The notes below the pieces were generated by a model that saw only the letters and a program-made list of their open reading frames with translations, had not been told where the DNA came from and made no database searches. Below, piece by piece: positions 21,793-32,330 of a stretch of 32,903 bases of DNA. Each line of letters opens with the position of its first letter. Within the stretch, counting starts at the first letter, position 1. Both the position numbers and the translations under genes were made by a program. Location of the stretch: NCBI RefSeq assembly GCF_001194135.2, contig NC_068990.1:35656760-35689662 (forward strand), written 5' to 3'. Source of the stretch: Octopus bimaculoides. Its lineage: Eukaryota.

Positions 21793-22580
21793 CAACTGTA
21801 CGCTACACTATAGAGTGGCACGTGTAAGGGATTATTACTTCAGAAACTATGAGTATGCTTTACAATGTATTTCAGCTCGGAACTTTGAAGGTGTCATTAA
21901 TACTGAAAAATATAAGCAAGAAAACATGATTTAATGTTCCTGAGTGTAATGAAGCTGCAATTATTCTGGTTGGAGAACAGCAAGGTAAAGGAGATATTAT
22001 TTTCAAATATAGTGACTATAGCATGAAGTTCATAAATGAAACTCTTCGTGAATATGAAGGTATACAACATTCCTTGCATTTTGTTAACGGAGACGATGAT
22101 AGACACGGCCTATTGGTAAAAGATTTTCATCCAACTTGTTTCACATAATTCGACCAGTACGTTGCTAGGCATGCACGACTGAATGTAAAAAAATGAACCC
22201 TGCAACATATATCAATTTGACGTCTAAAGATAATTCACTCTGATGAGATTATTTCCATGACATTAGAACATTTTCCACACCTAAGAAATGTCAAACAATT
22301 TTAAGACACTGTAAAATCGAATATTGATTGGTTCGTAAGGCTATTTGAACCAAGCTGCACTTGCAAGAAAGACAACTAGTGCACGCAATATCATTTCAAC
22401 TATTTCATTAAAGATACCAAAACAGACGATGATGGATATCCATCTCGGATACACCAATATGGAGGTTTGGATTGAAAAATTGGCTGCTCGTGCTTTACAA
22501 TCAAAGGATACTTCCCGTTTTCTCTGTTCTAAGACATGAATGCTCACATAAAGCCAATCAAGTACATTTCTAAATTATAT
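21793..22580 (+). mobile_element. Helitron Rep (HUH) region (degenerate, internally deleted), right part; no helicase domain
   Basis: FNVPECNEAAIILVGEQQGKGDII...INETLREYEGIQHSLHFVNGDD (cf. FNAP..NEVA..IVGE..RDI...ISETHRSYDALQYPL.F..GEDG); TECKK-TLQH at the EWQKRGLPHAH position; DEIIS...DTVKSN; CKKDN*CTQ..FIKDTKTDDDGYP (GYP at about 22434-22442); SKT-NAHI-KPIKYISK. Confidence 0.88.
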
Positions 22581-23560
22581 ATTTTATAAGATATAACAAA
22601 TTATATACTTTATAACATTTAATATAGTATATCTTATACATTTTCTTTAGGTTCGAAACTTTATTTGGATTCTATGTTTTATACACCAGAGATTACATTT
22701 ATGAAAATAAAAGTCTTTCTCGTTTAGTTTAAAGCTATATGTTGGTAGTAGATTTCCATATTCAGAATATTTCTAAAAGTATATGCTTTTAAAATAGGAG
22801 AATGCTACTCTACAGCAAAATAGTGTTAAGTGCAAGGTTAAGAATTCTGCATTAAGGACAAGGAAAAATTAGACACTAGATAGTAGGATAAACATAGAAT
22901 GTATGTTTAAAGCAGAGTTTGAGGTAAGGGATAAGGTCTAGAGGGTATGGATAGGATTTGTTGGTAGGACTTAAAATCAGTGTTAAAGTTAAGATTACGT
23001 TTAAACAAAAACTGAATAATTGGAAATAATTGCACGCTATTTTCCAAAATTGAAATGGCCATGCGTTTAAAATATGGGTACCAGAAAATAGGTTCTTGAA
23101 ATTATCTTCGTAGTATGTTTGGATGGAAACTTCACTAAGTTTCTTTTTCTACAAAAAGATTTACTATAGTGTAAGTCAATTGCTATGTGAATGGCTGAGT
23201 ATTTCAGCAACTAAACGATTGAATGCATACTCACTTGCTTTCATATACTAAATATATATTGCATGGAAAAATGCGAGCAAGTGAAAGAATATTCTTAAGA
23301 TTATAAACCTGGAAAATTACAGCAAAGGATAACATTTCAAATAAAATATTTAGATTCATAAAATATTAGCCTTTATTAAAACTATAAATATGATTAAAAG
23401 TTATTACTTCTATTGGTTATTACTTGTTACTTCTATTAAAAATAAAGAATAACTCAAAATATTTTCTTACAGTTTAAAAAATTCATTTTATAAAATTATT
23501 AATTGATAATTAAAAATAAGTTATAAAAATTATGATGGTGCCGTTGTTCTTCTTATTAAT

Positions 23561-23632
23561 ATTCAGACCTAGTATCAAACTCAGAATCTTGGGGTTAGTA
23601 GCCCATGTACTGGGCCACTTCGCCATATGCCC
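23561..23632 (-). mobile_element. tRNA-like Pol III head (SINE-type), 30 nt downstream of the Penelope ORF stop
   Basis: GGGCATA-TGGCGAAGTGG (A-box)...GGG-CTACTAA-CCC (anticodon-like arm)...GAGTTTGATAC (B-box-like), followed by AAT/AAG-rich sequence. Confidence 0.6.
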
Positions 23633-23661
23633 ATCGGCAATTATGAATTGAAACTTAGGGC

Positions 23662-24490
23662 TTATAAATCTAATATTTTCGTCTCTTTCCTTAATATCTG
23701 TTCCCATATGCTATTCATATTTACACTCGGTCTACTTAGGAGGTTGTTGTGTCCTAGCATATGTGCTGCTTCTTTTAGTTTTCGTATTTTCCAGTGGTGT
23801 TCTCTGTCTATTACTTTAACTTCATCCCACTGGGGAACATGGTTTCAATTTTTTCATACGTGATCAGCTATACCCGATTTATCAATATCTCCTCGTGTCA
23901 CAACTTTGCGATATTCCTCTACCGTTATTTGAAGGGGTGGTATGTGTCACCTTTGTATAACATACTACAACTGCATGAGATGGAGTACACGCAGTTTTTG
24001 GTCATATTCTCTTCTATTGGTAGTTTTACACGAAGGAAATATTTGCGAATTGTTGTATTACACTTGAATACTGTCCTGATGTCATAAGGGCCGCATATCT
24101 TTTGTATCTTGTCGGAGAGGCCTTTCACATAGGATAGACAGAGTATAGATAGTTTATTGGTGTCATCCTATCTTTTCTTCATAATTGGAGTAAATTGTAT
24201 ATTTGGCGGGGTAGTTATTGCTTAATGGATTGTTACTGAGCTTGATCATTTCTTCATGGTGGGTATCACGATAGCTACTTATATTCTTTGCTCGATGTTT
24301 TAGGCACTGAGCAATCTCTCTCTTTACACTGTATGGATGGTGGGAATTGAAGTTAAGGTATCATCCAGTGAAGGTTGGCTTGCGGTATACGGATGACCTA
24401 AATCCATACGTGTTGCGTGTTATTAATACGTCCAGGAATGCTAGTTGATTGTCTTTTTCCTTTTCCATTTTGAACTGTATGGATGTACAT
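23662..24490 (-). mobile_element. Penelope-like retroelement fragment: RT thumb plus GIY-YIG endonuclease
   Basis: SIQFKMEKEKDNQLAFLDVLIT..GFRSSVYRKPTFTG*YLNFNSHHP; VKGLSDKIQKICGPYDIRTVFK; KNCVYSISCSC..YKGDT (GIY-YIG); C-terminal PSVNMNSIWEQILRK. It carries stops and frameshifts and is 5'-truncated. Confidence 0.92.
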
Positions 24491-24550
24491 AATTCCTCAT
24501 CTCTTAAATATAGAACTGAAAAATTTTTCTTATTCTGTACTTTACCAGAT

Positions 24551-24607
24551 GTAATAACTTGTCCTGAACTTTTCCAAGTGTAATAACTTGTCCTTTACTT
24601 TTCCATG
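24551..24607. repeat. Short tandem duplication (TGTAATAACTTGTCCT..ACTTTTCCA)x2
   Basis: Direct; two units of about 29 nt. Confidence 0.8.
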
Positions 24608-25560
24608 TTTATAATATTAAGAATATTATTTCCCTTGCTCTCATTTTTCCATGTAATCTATGTTTTTTTCCAATCTATACTATTATGCTAATTAATAATG
24701 TGTCAATACTAATTTAAGATTTTACCATATTGAAAATTGAATAATAAATTTAATAAATTTCTAAACAATATTATTTTTTTTCAACTACTAAGATTCTGTT
24801 TCTCATTTCGGATATTACGTGACTGTGTTTACACGATATAATTGCATTAATTAATACAGATGCGTAATTAAACTAATTTCAAACTAGCGGTGTTGCTGAT
24901 ATTTTTTTCTTACCTGAATGATGCCGGTGACATGTATTAAAAGTCCCCTTATAGAACTATATTCATAGAAAAGTATAGAACTATATTATCGCCTTCAAAT
25001 TTGAGAAACAAACACTCATAACTTTTTTTCTTCTAAAACTTCATTGCATGAGATTGATACCATAAAATTCTTTGGATGGATCTCTGTCATTTTAGCTTAA
25101 TTAAAATAAAGTCTTTTTTCTTTAACAAAAAAGCTAATTATACTTAAATGCAATTTTTTGCCTTATATATTCTTTAAAGATAGTTTACCTCACAACATTT
25201 TTGATACAAATTTTTATCGCATGACTCCAAAACTATGAAATTGCTTTTGCTTTCTCCTACCATTGAAGCTAAGATCAATATATTTTGCTTTAAAATAAAA
25301 AAAAAGTTATTTAGATCTAAACTTGATTGGAGGCGTTACATACTCTCCTATAAAGTTGCTACAAATCACGATGTAAACTTTTTCCAGTGAACCAAATCTC
25401 AATTTTACTATGTCAAAACGTAGCTAGGGAACATACCTCTTCAAAAATGTTAACCGTTTTCAATTTAGTAAAGAACTGAATTAGTGACAAATCTCTAAAA
25501 GATGCTCCGTGTGAGTAAATTCAGAATATTATTCAACTACTAAGGTTGTTGAACGTTATA

Positions 25561-25571
25561 TACGTACACAC

Positions 25572-25602
<31 letters not shown>

Positions 25603-25696
25603 TGTATGTATGTATGTATGTATGTATATATGTACATGTATGTATATATGTACATGTATAATCTATCTATCTATCTATCCTTCTAAATATATATAT

Positions 25697-25730
<34 letters not shown>

Positions 25731-25760
25731 NNNNNNNNNNNNNNNNNNNNNNNNTATATA
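25561..25760. repeat. (TATG)n, (TATC)n, (TA)n microsatellites around a gap
   Basis: Direct. Confidence 0.95.
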
Positions 25761-25999
25761 TATTGTAAGAGACATTTATACATATTTTTGCTGATGAGCA
25801 AGACTATTGTCTATATCTAAAGGTTTCGTGCAGTTAGTTCCCAAATGAATATGGTTGACTGTCGTCAACAGAACGAAATCTGTCAAAACTAGGAAACAAT
25901 CCAATTTATCAAGACTAAGTTATATCAGTTTGCATGTATTCCTAACACAAGGTGTAATAGGCATTTCACGTTGTCACACAGAAATACACATGCAGCATC

Positions 26000-26016
26000 T
26001 CCTCTCTTTTTCTCTC

Positions 26017-26074
<58 letters not shown>

Positions 26075-26075
26075 A
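26000..26075. repeat. (CT)n microsatellite
   Basis: Direct. Confidence 0.95.
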
Positions 26076-26182
26076 TACATATTGGCTTACATATACACAG
26101 TAAATAGTCATGTGTGTGTACTTATGTATATTGATATAGTGTGGGTGTTTGTGTATATATTTATATATATATATATATATAT

Positions 26183-27084
26183 NNNNNNNNNNNNNNNNNN
26201 NNNNNNNNNNNNNNNNNNNNNNNNNNNNNNNNNNNNNNNNNNNNNNNNNNNNNNNNNNNNNNNNNNNNNNNNNNNNNNNNNNNNNNNNNNNNNNNNNNNN
26301 NNNNNNNNNNNNNNNNNNNNNNNNNNNNNNNNNNNNNNNNNNNNNNNNNNNNNNNNNNNNNNNNNNNNNNNNNNNNNNNNNNNNNNNNNNNNNNNNNNNN
26401 NNNNNNNNNNNNNNNNNNNNNNNNNNNNNNNNNNNNNNNNNNNNNNNNNNNNNNNNNNNNNNNNNNNNNNNNNNNNNNNNNNNNNNNNNNNNNNNNNNNN
26501 NNNNNNNNNNNNNNNNNNNNNNNNNNNNNNNNNNNNNNNNNNNNNNNNNNNNNNNNNNNNNNNNNNNNNNNNNNNNNNNNNNNNNNNNNNNNNNNNNNNN
26601 NNNNNNNNNNNNNNNNNNNNNNNNNNNNNNNNNNNNNNNNNNNNNNNNNNNNNNNNNNNNNNNNNNNNNNNNNNNNNNNNNNNNNNNNNNNNNNNNNNNN
26701 NNNNNNNNNNNNNNNNNNNNNNNNNNNNNNNNNNNNNNNNNNNNNNNNNNNNNNNNNNNNNNNNNNNNNNNNNNNNNNNNNNNNNNNNNNNNNNNNNNNN
26801 NNNNNNNNNNNNNNNNNNNNNNNNNNNNNNNNNNNNNNNNNNNNNNNNNNNNNNNNNNNNNNNNNNNNNNNNNNNNNNNNNNNNNNNNNNNNNNNNNNNN
26901 NNNNNNNNNNNNNNNNNNNNNNNNNNNNNNNNNNNNNNNNNNNNNNNNNNNNNNNNNNNNNNNNNNNNNNNNNNNNNNNNNNNNNNNNNNNNNNNNNNNN
27001 NNNNNNNNNNNNNNNNNNNNNNNNNNNNNNNNNNNNNNNNNNNNNNNNNNNNNNNNNNNNNNNNNNNNNNNNNNNNNNNNNNNN
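26183..27084. other. Largest assembly gap; other gaps at 13127-13261, 16101-16286, 18370-18701, 25731-25754, 30591-30600
   Basis: Direct: N-runs, nearly all bordered by simple repeats. Confidence 0.98.
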
Positions 27085-27116
<32 letters not shown>

Positions 27117-27307
27117 TATATATATGTATGTATATGAAAACATTTATACTCAGTTCTATGAAAGTGAAAGCTCCTTGGGAGTAATCAAATGAACATTATG
27201 AAGTCAGGTGGTTTATTGGTGAAATTGATGTGATAACTGTTGTTTCTGTATCAAGCAATAAGATAAATTGTGATGGGATAAATGACCACAATCAATATTG
27301 CTTCCTA

Positions 27308-27500
27308 AGTTTGGCACAAGGCCAGCAATTTCAAGGAAGGTGTAAGTCGGTTACGTTGACCCCCAGTGCTCAACTAATCTTTACTTTACTGACCTACGAA
27401 AAGTGGACCTTAGCGGAATTTGAACTCAGAGCTTAAAGAGAGCCGAAATCCTGCTGAGTATGTTGCACAGCGTACTAACGATACTGTTAGCTCACCATTG
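27308..27500 (-). mobile_element. tRNA-derived SINE, cluster copy 1 (diverged, internal deletion)
   Basis: TTTGGCACAAGGCCAGCAATTT...GACCCCCAGTGCTCAACT...GCGGAATTTGAACTCAGA...GCGTACTAACGAT; homologous to the other copies. Confidence 0.8.
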
Positions 27501-27525
27501 TAAGGTCACATGTACGTTACTTCCG

Positions 27526-27712
27526 AATTCTGGCCAAAAGCAGGAAAATCCGAGATAGTGGCTAAGTCAATTACATCGATCTCAGTGCTCCACTGGTACT
27601 TGTTTTATCGACCCTAAAATGATGAAAGGCAAAGTTGACCATTCAGAGATTTGAACTCGGAGGGCGAAGATGGACTAAATGCCACTAAGCATCTTGCCTG
27701 GAGTGCTAGCAT
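27526..27712 (-). mobile_element. tRNA-derived SINE, cluster copy 2
   Basis: AAGTCAATTACATCGATCTCAGTGCTCCACTGGTACTTGTTTTATCGACCC...GATGAAAGGCAAAGTTGACC...TTTGAACTC. Confidence 0.8.
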
Positions 27713-27928
27713 TTCTTATTTCTTTATTGCCCACAAGGGGCTAAATATAGAGGGGACAAAGAAGGACAGCCAAACGAATTAAGTCGATTAGCTTGACCCC
27801 AGTGCGTAATTGGTACTTAATTTATCGACCCCGAAAGGATGAAAGGCAAAGTCGACCTCGGCGGAATTTGAACTCAGAACGTAACGGCAGACGAAATACT
27901 GCTAAGCATTTCGTTAGCTTGCCGCTTT
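27713..27928 (-). mobile_element. tRNA-derived SINE, cluster copy 3 (best preserved; different tail subfamily)
   Basis: TTTATCGACCCCGAAAGGATGAAAGGCAAAGTCGACCTCGGCGGAATTTGAACTCAGAACG; minus-strand B-box GAGTTCAAATTCC; distinct TTTCTTTATTGCCCACAAGGGG tail. Confidence 0.9.
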
Positions 27929-27937
27929 AATTCTACA

Positions 27938-28030
27938 GTCGATCATGGCGGAATTGGAACTCAGACCATAAAGACGGACGAAATGCTGCTGAGCATTTTC
28001 GTGTTAACGATCCTACCAGCTTGCCGCGTT
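27938..28030 (-). mobile_element. tRNA-derived SINE, cluster copy 4 (head only)
   Basis: GTCGATCATGGCGGAATTGGAACTCAGACCATAAAGACGGACGAAATGCTGCTGAGCATT...CCAGCTTGCCGC. Confidence 0.8.
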
Positions 28031-29639
28031 AAGGCTACGTATAATACTGAAATCATATTCTATTACGTCCGAACAGGATCTGTATTTAATATTTAGTTTT
28101 CTTATATGGCGTTTTCATGAGGAAATTGAGAGTAAATAAACACAACGCAACATTTTCACCTCAATAGATACTGATTTACTGAACATCTTTCTAAAGAATA
28201 GCAAAAACATCTTCCACAGTTTCGGGATTTAGCTAGACTTACTTCTGCCACACATTCTCTGATATTTGTTCCTTAACATTCACCCCTTCCTTGAATAACA
28301 ATGATTTACAAATTAAACTTTTCATTTAGACATAGCTTTAGCTACTACTAGTTAAACTATATTTCAATATATAAGGTATGCAATTATTTTAAACGGCAAA
28401 CATTACAAGCAAATCATAAATAATTCGATGTGATTTCCAACGTTTGTTATTCTGCTGCGCTTCCCATTTCTTTCACTATTTTTATACATATCCCGAACTC
28501 TGTATACTTGAATAAATAAATAAAATTAGACATCTACAATTTTTATTTGTGTTTGTTTAAGAATTTCTTAGGAAAACTAAAATTGAATTGAGAATAAAGT
28601 AACAGCGTCTTATGTAAGTAAATGTGCTGGAAGGCATGAAAATGTTCAAACTGAAAGCCCAATACAAAGACTGGAATCAACAAGCGAGGACGAGATAAAA
28701 TTGAGCCAAAAGACAAACCAAATGAGATAATATCAATATAGTTTCCAAACAGCCTCAAGTCAGAACAAACAACTGGCTCAGTTAAAATTTACACACACTT
28801 TTATAACAAGATACCTTTACACTGGAATACAGCTTCCAATAATACATCTAGCTTATGGTGGTCAAATTTTATTGGTGTGGTTGATGATTAAGATTGTGGT
28901 GCGTCTGTGTTGGCAATGACGTTGTTTATTGAGAAGTTTGTGGTAGTCGTGTTGTTGTTGCCGGTGCTGCTAGAGCTGGCGGTGGCAGAGGTAGTAATGA
29001 CAGTAGCATCGCATTAATTTCGTATCTCATGCGTCATTGTAGTGCAAATGCACTTTCAATATTCTGCGAGGAATGTATTTACTTTTCATTGGTATGTCTC
29101 CAACATATCAACGATATGACCAGGAGAAGAGCTTAAGGCATTATCGGCTTTTAATTTAGCACAGTAATTGCTGTATAGAACTTGGATTTCTAACCATTAA
29201 AGAGAGTAAATCACCAGTTTGTGTCATTAGTAGAGTTATACCATTACAAAAGTTACCGGTTAACACACAGCAATGAAAGGATATAGAGACAAGGAAATTA
29301 GCAATATATTTTAGTTATTAGTATAATTGAAATAATCATATAATTGTATCTTCGTCACACTAACTGTAGATTATATCTATGATACACTAGTAATGTAATT
29401 TAACAAATGTTCTGGAAATTAAAACAACCTAGGATTGAGCATATTCGCGCATTTTAATGTGGTTGGAAACGTTAGTGTTATGTAGCACGATGTTAGTATG
29501 GTGAAGCAGACTAAAAATTGAAGGCTTTCTTGCTTTGATAGAGCAGACTGGTAACATTGTTTATCGGCATTTTTGTCCTTGAGTAGCATAGAGAATAAGA
29601 TAAATGTCTAATATTTTCAAACCTTACTTTTCTTACATT

Positions 29640-29810
29640 TATTCAAACCCCGAAGAATCACTCTCAACACATAGCTATGATGCTCTCCCGCTATTCCTTC
29701 TCATGATAAGAGATGTACAAATCGTTAGCCACTAAGACATGCTCTGGTGGTTCAGGTCAAACAAGCAAATCTGTAGCATTGAGCAGAATATTTGCTATAA
29801 CGATATTTGT
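29640..29810. repeat. Probable interspersed repeat fragment (family not named)
   Basis: GAATCACTCTCAACACATAGCTATGATGCTC...CAAGCAAATCTGTAGCATTGAGCAGAATATTTGCT resembles a cephalopod interspersed repeat from memory only; there is no second copy in the window. Confidence 0.3.
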
Positions 29811-29976
29811 TTCAGCAACGCAGTGATGAATTTGTCTGAAATATAATGAAAAATAGGTCAGTTCCAAACATTGATGTCCAGTTTACAAAAGAGTTTGAAG
29901 GGAATATAGCAATTTACTATGATTTCTAGATAGAAGCAAATTGGAAATTGCACTTACTGATCAAAGACAAAGAATC

Positions 29977-30184
29977 TTTTCAACTCTAGGCACAGGGCCC
30001 GAAATTTTAGGGGAGGGGGCAAGTCGATTAGATCGACCCCAATACGCAACTAGTACTTATTTTTTCGGCCCCGAAAGAATGAATGGCAAAGTCTACCACG
30101 GCGGAATTTAAACTCAGAACATAAACACTGACGAAGTACCGCTAAGCATTTTACCCAGCGTACTAACGTTTCTGTCAGCTCGCT
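29977..30184 (-). mobile_element. tRNA-derived SINE, same family as 27713-27928
   Basis: CTAGGCACAGGGCCCGAAATTTT...AAGTCGATTAGATCGACCCC...GGCAAAGTCTACCACGGCGGAATTTAAACTCAGAAC...CCGCTAAGCATTTT. Confidence 0.88.
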
Positions 30185-30699
30185 GAATGAAAATTGTTGC
30201 ACAGTGTATAACCCAAAGCTTTTCTGTTGTAAGTATCCTGTTTTTTATTCATATATACTATGTCTAGGATTACAGAACATCTTTATAGAGTCTTTAATGT
30301 ATAATACAAGACTTTTCAATGACGGGATCCCCCAAAATATATTTCCACATCGGTTTATAGACATTGGTGCTTTGTTTGGAACTAAGAAATATCCAGTAAT
30401 ATACCGGTATCATTCTTCTGGCAGAATTGCAGTTCCCTTAATACATGCTCAAGCTAATTCCCCCATGCTTACATTTACACAAATCATCCCGAATAATGCT
30501 TAAAGGTAGTATAAACCTGTTTCCGCCAAGAGTCATAGCACCCCACGCAACGTTAAATGAGAAACTTACATATAAATAATTATCACTATANNNNNNNNNN
30601 TACCTATATGTACATACCTACATATATGTGTATACATACATGCATGTATGGGTACAGGACATCACAAAAAACGTTATCTGTGTATTTATCTATATTTAA

Positions 30700-30830
30700 A
30701 GAGAGGGGAGAGAGGTGGAGAGAGAGGGGAGAGAAAGGGGGAGAGAGAGGGGGAGAGAGAGGGGAGATATAGGAAGAGAGCAAGCGAGAGAGAGTTTGAA
30801 AGATAGATATAGATATAGAGGTAGATGAAC
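30700..30830. repeat. Purine-rich (GA/GGA) low-complexity tract
   Basis: Direct. Confidence 0.85.
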
Positions 30831-31430
30831 CGGTCAAAAGCGCTAAACAGCGATGTGTATAAATACAAACTTATTACCAACTCAAATATGCTTGAGACAT
30901 ACCTGAAGTCGTAATAAAGCTATTCACTGCTTTTTTGATTTTGTTCTTGTTTTTGTGTGGAAAGATCTAGATGTACATCGAACGACTGGGCAGTCTATTT
31001 TTTTACATGTGGTATGACTGACAGGATACTGAAATTGTTTTGGTGATCATCATTTTCTTGTTCTTCTTTTATGACTGTACTTTTGGCAAACAAACATCTG
31101 CGCACGTAAACATACTTTTATGCTCGAACGGATAAACATACTTTTGAACTTGTGTAGAAACATACTCATACCGAGATGCAGATAGAGAGAAATAGAGAGA
31201 TGCAGTAAGAAAAAAAAAAAAATTAATCATTTGGAACAGTTAAAATGAATTTATCTCATTTACATTATAACATACGCAGAGATAACTTATTGTTAATAAA
31301 ATAAAATATTACCATTTTACTTTTTTCTAATAGTAACTTTAATTATTTCTGCTGTTGCTAATTATTAGCAACCAGATATTCATCAATCTTGGAAAGAGAA
31401 AAGCAGTAATTATTTTTTCTTTCAACGCAC

Positions 31431-31514
31431 AACCCCGTACACCTCAGATACTGGCTGTGAACTCTAACTATGAAGCTAGACATCGCTCAGCCGGTATCTG
31501 AGAAGCACGGCGTT
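31431..31514. ncRNA. Candidate pre-/pri-miRNA hairpin (strand unresolved)
   Basis: The 60-nt core 31443-31502 (CTCAGATACTGGCTGTGAACTCTAACT-ATGA-AGCTAGACATCGCTCAGCCGGTATCTGAG) forms a stem of about 27 bp. A further imperfect basal stem of about 12 bp (AACCCCGTAC / GCACGGCGTT) extends it. CNNC (CTCC) lies 16-19 nt 3' of the core on +. Confidence 0.45.
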
Positions 31515-31679
31515 CGACTCCTCGTAGCCGCTAGGTGGAAATATTTTCCGTCTTCTAAGTGTAAAACCTCAATTTTCGCTCAGTTAGTAGTGTCCAAACA
31601 ACTGTCGTCACTTGGGCAAGTTCTCTTGTCTGAGAATAACTTGATATCTTTGTGCATTCCTTCATACTTCATACAGTGA

Positions 31680-32330
31680 CAAAGAAGGTCATGGACGCAG
31701 TTCTTTCTCAGACTCTTCGTTCAAAGACATTAATAAACAAATAGTGGCCTTGACATTGTAAATTTAAATCCAAAAGATGTAACACACTTTTTTTCAGAAC
31801 ATTATGAAAGAATCTAATACGGCAGTGACCCCAACGTAATAGGAATGGGTACGAGAGTATCTGGAATGATACGTGCAACAGACCATGGTTAATGTACCCA
31901 AGTGATAGTTTCTGACGAAAATAATTTTTCGTTTTTTACATTATTACAAACCATCAGATTCATGTAAAATTTGATTTGCTAATTTGATTAGTATAAATTT
32001 CATTATATTCTAATATACATGCGCATATCTTGAAATATGCAAGCATTTCGAAAAATGCGAAGCTATGATATAAGGAACGAAACCAGTTTGACAGAATATG
32101 TCGGGGAATTCATGAAAAATCGAAAGGACTTCGAAATATTCCGTAAGTAAGCAATGGAATGGAATCAAAATTTCATCATTTCCCATTCAGAAGGATACAG
32201 TCAATGTAGAGCAGTAATAACAACAAGATTTTCAGAGTCCCTACCCAACAAAAAATATATAAGAGCAAAACAATTTATTCGACACCAAGAGAGGAAACGG
32301 GCATCAATGCTAGCATAAAAATATATAGAT
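31680..32330 (+). mobile_element. Possible degenerate hAT (ZMYM1/Tip100-like) transposase remnant
   Basis: SD(T)R(W)S-like motif at about 31676-31692; FSEHYERI*..SDPN...TR; NFSFFTL; FHYIL...NMQ...SLTEYVGEFMKNRKDFEIFRK*AME...R...TRFS. These are loosely colinear with hAT catalytic-core and insertion-domain motifs. Confidence 0.35.

Noticed and set aside
22341-22547. ORFs on both strands, and a CTCK...IGCSC pattern suggesting an IL-17/cystine-knot protein
   Set aside because: Better explained by the Helitron Rep motifs (C..D..C...F...T..DDGYP; NAHI; KYI-K) in colinear order.
25971-27192. Long 347-388 aa ORFs (also 16058-16501, 18280-18751)
   Set aside because: They consist almost entirely of X residues from N-gaps.
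28860-29080. Low-complexity S/T/N-rich (minus) or G/V-rich (plus) reading frames with a TTG|GTATGT donor
   Set aside because: Looks like decayed trinucleotide repeats, with no matching acceptor or homology.
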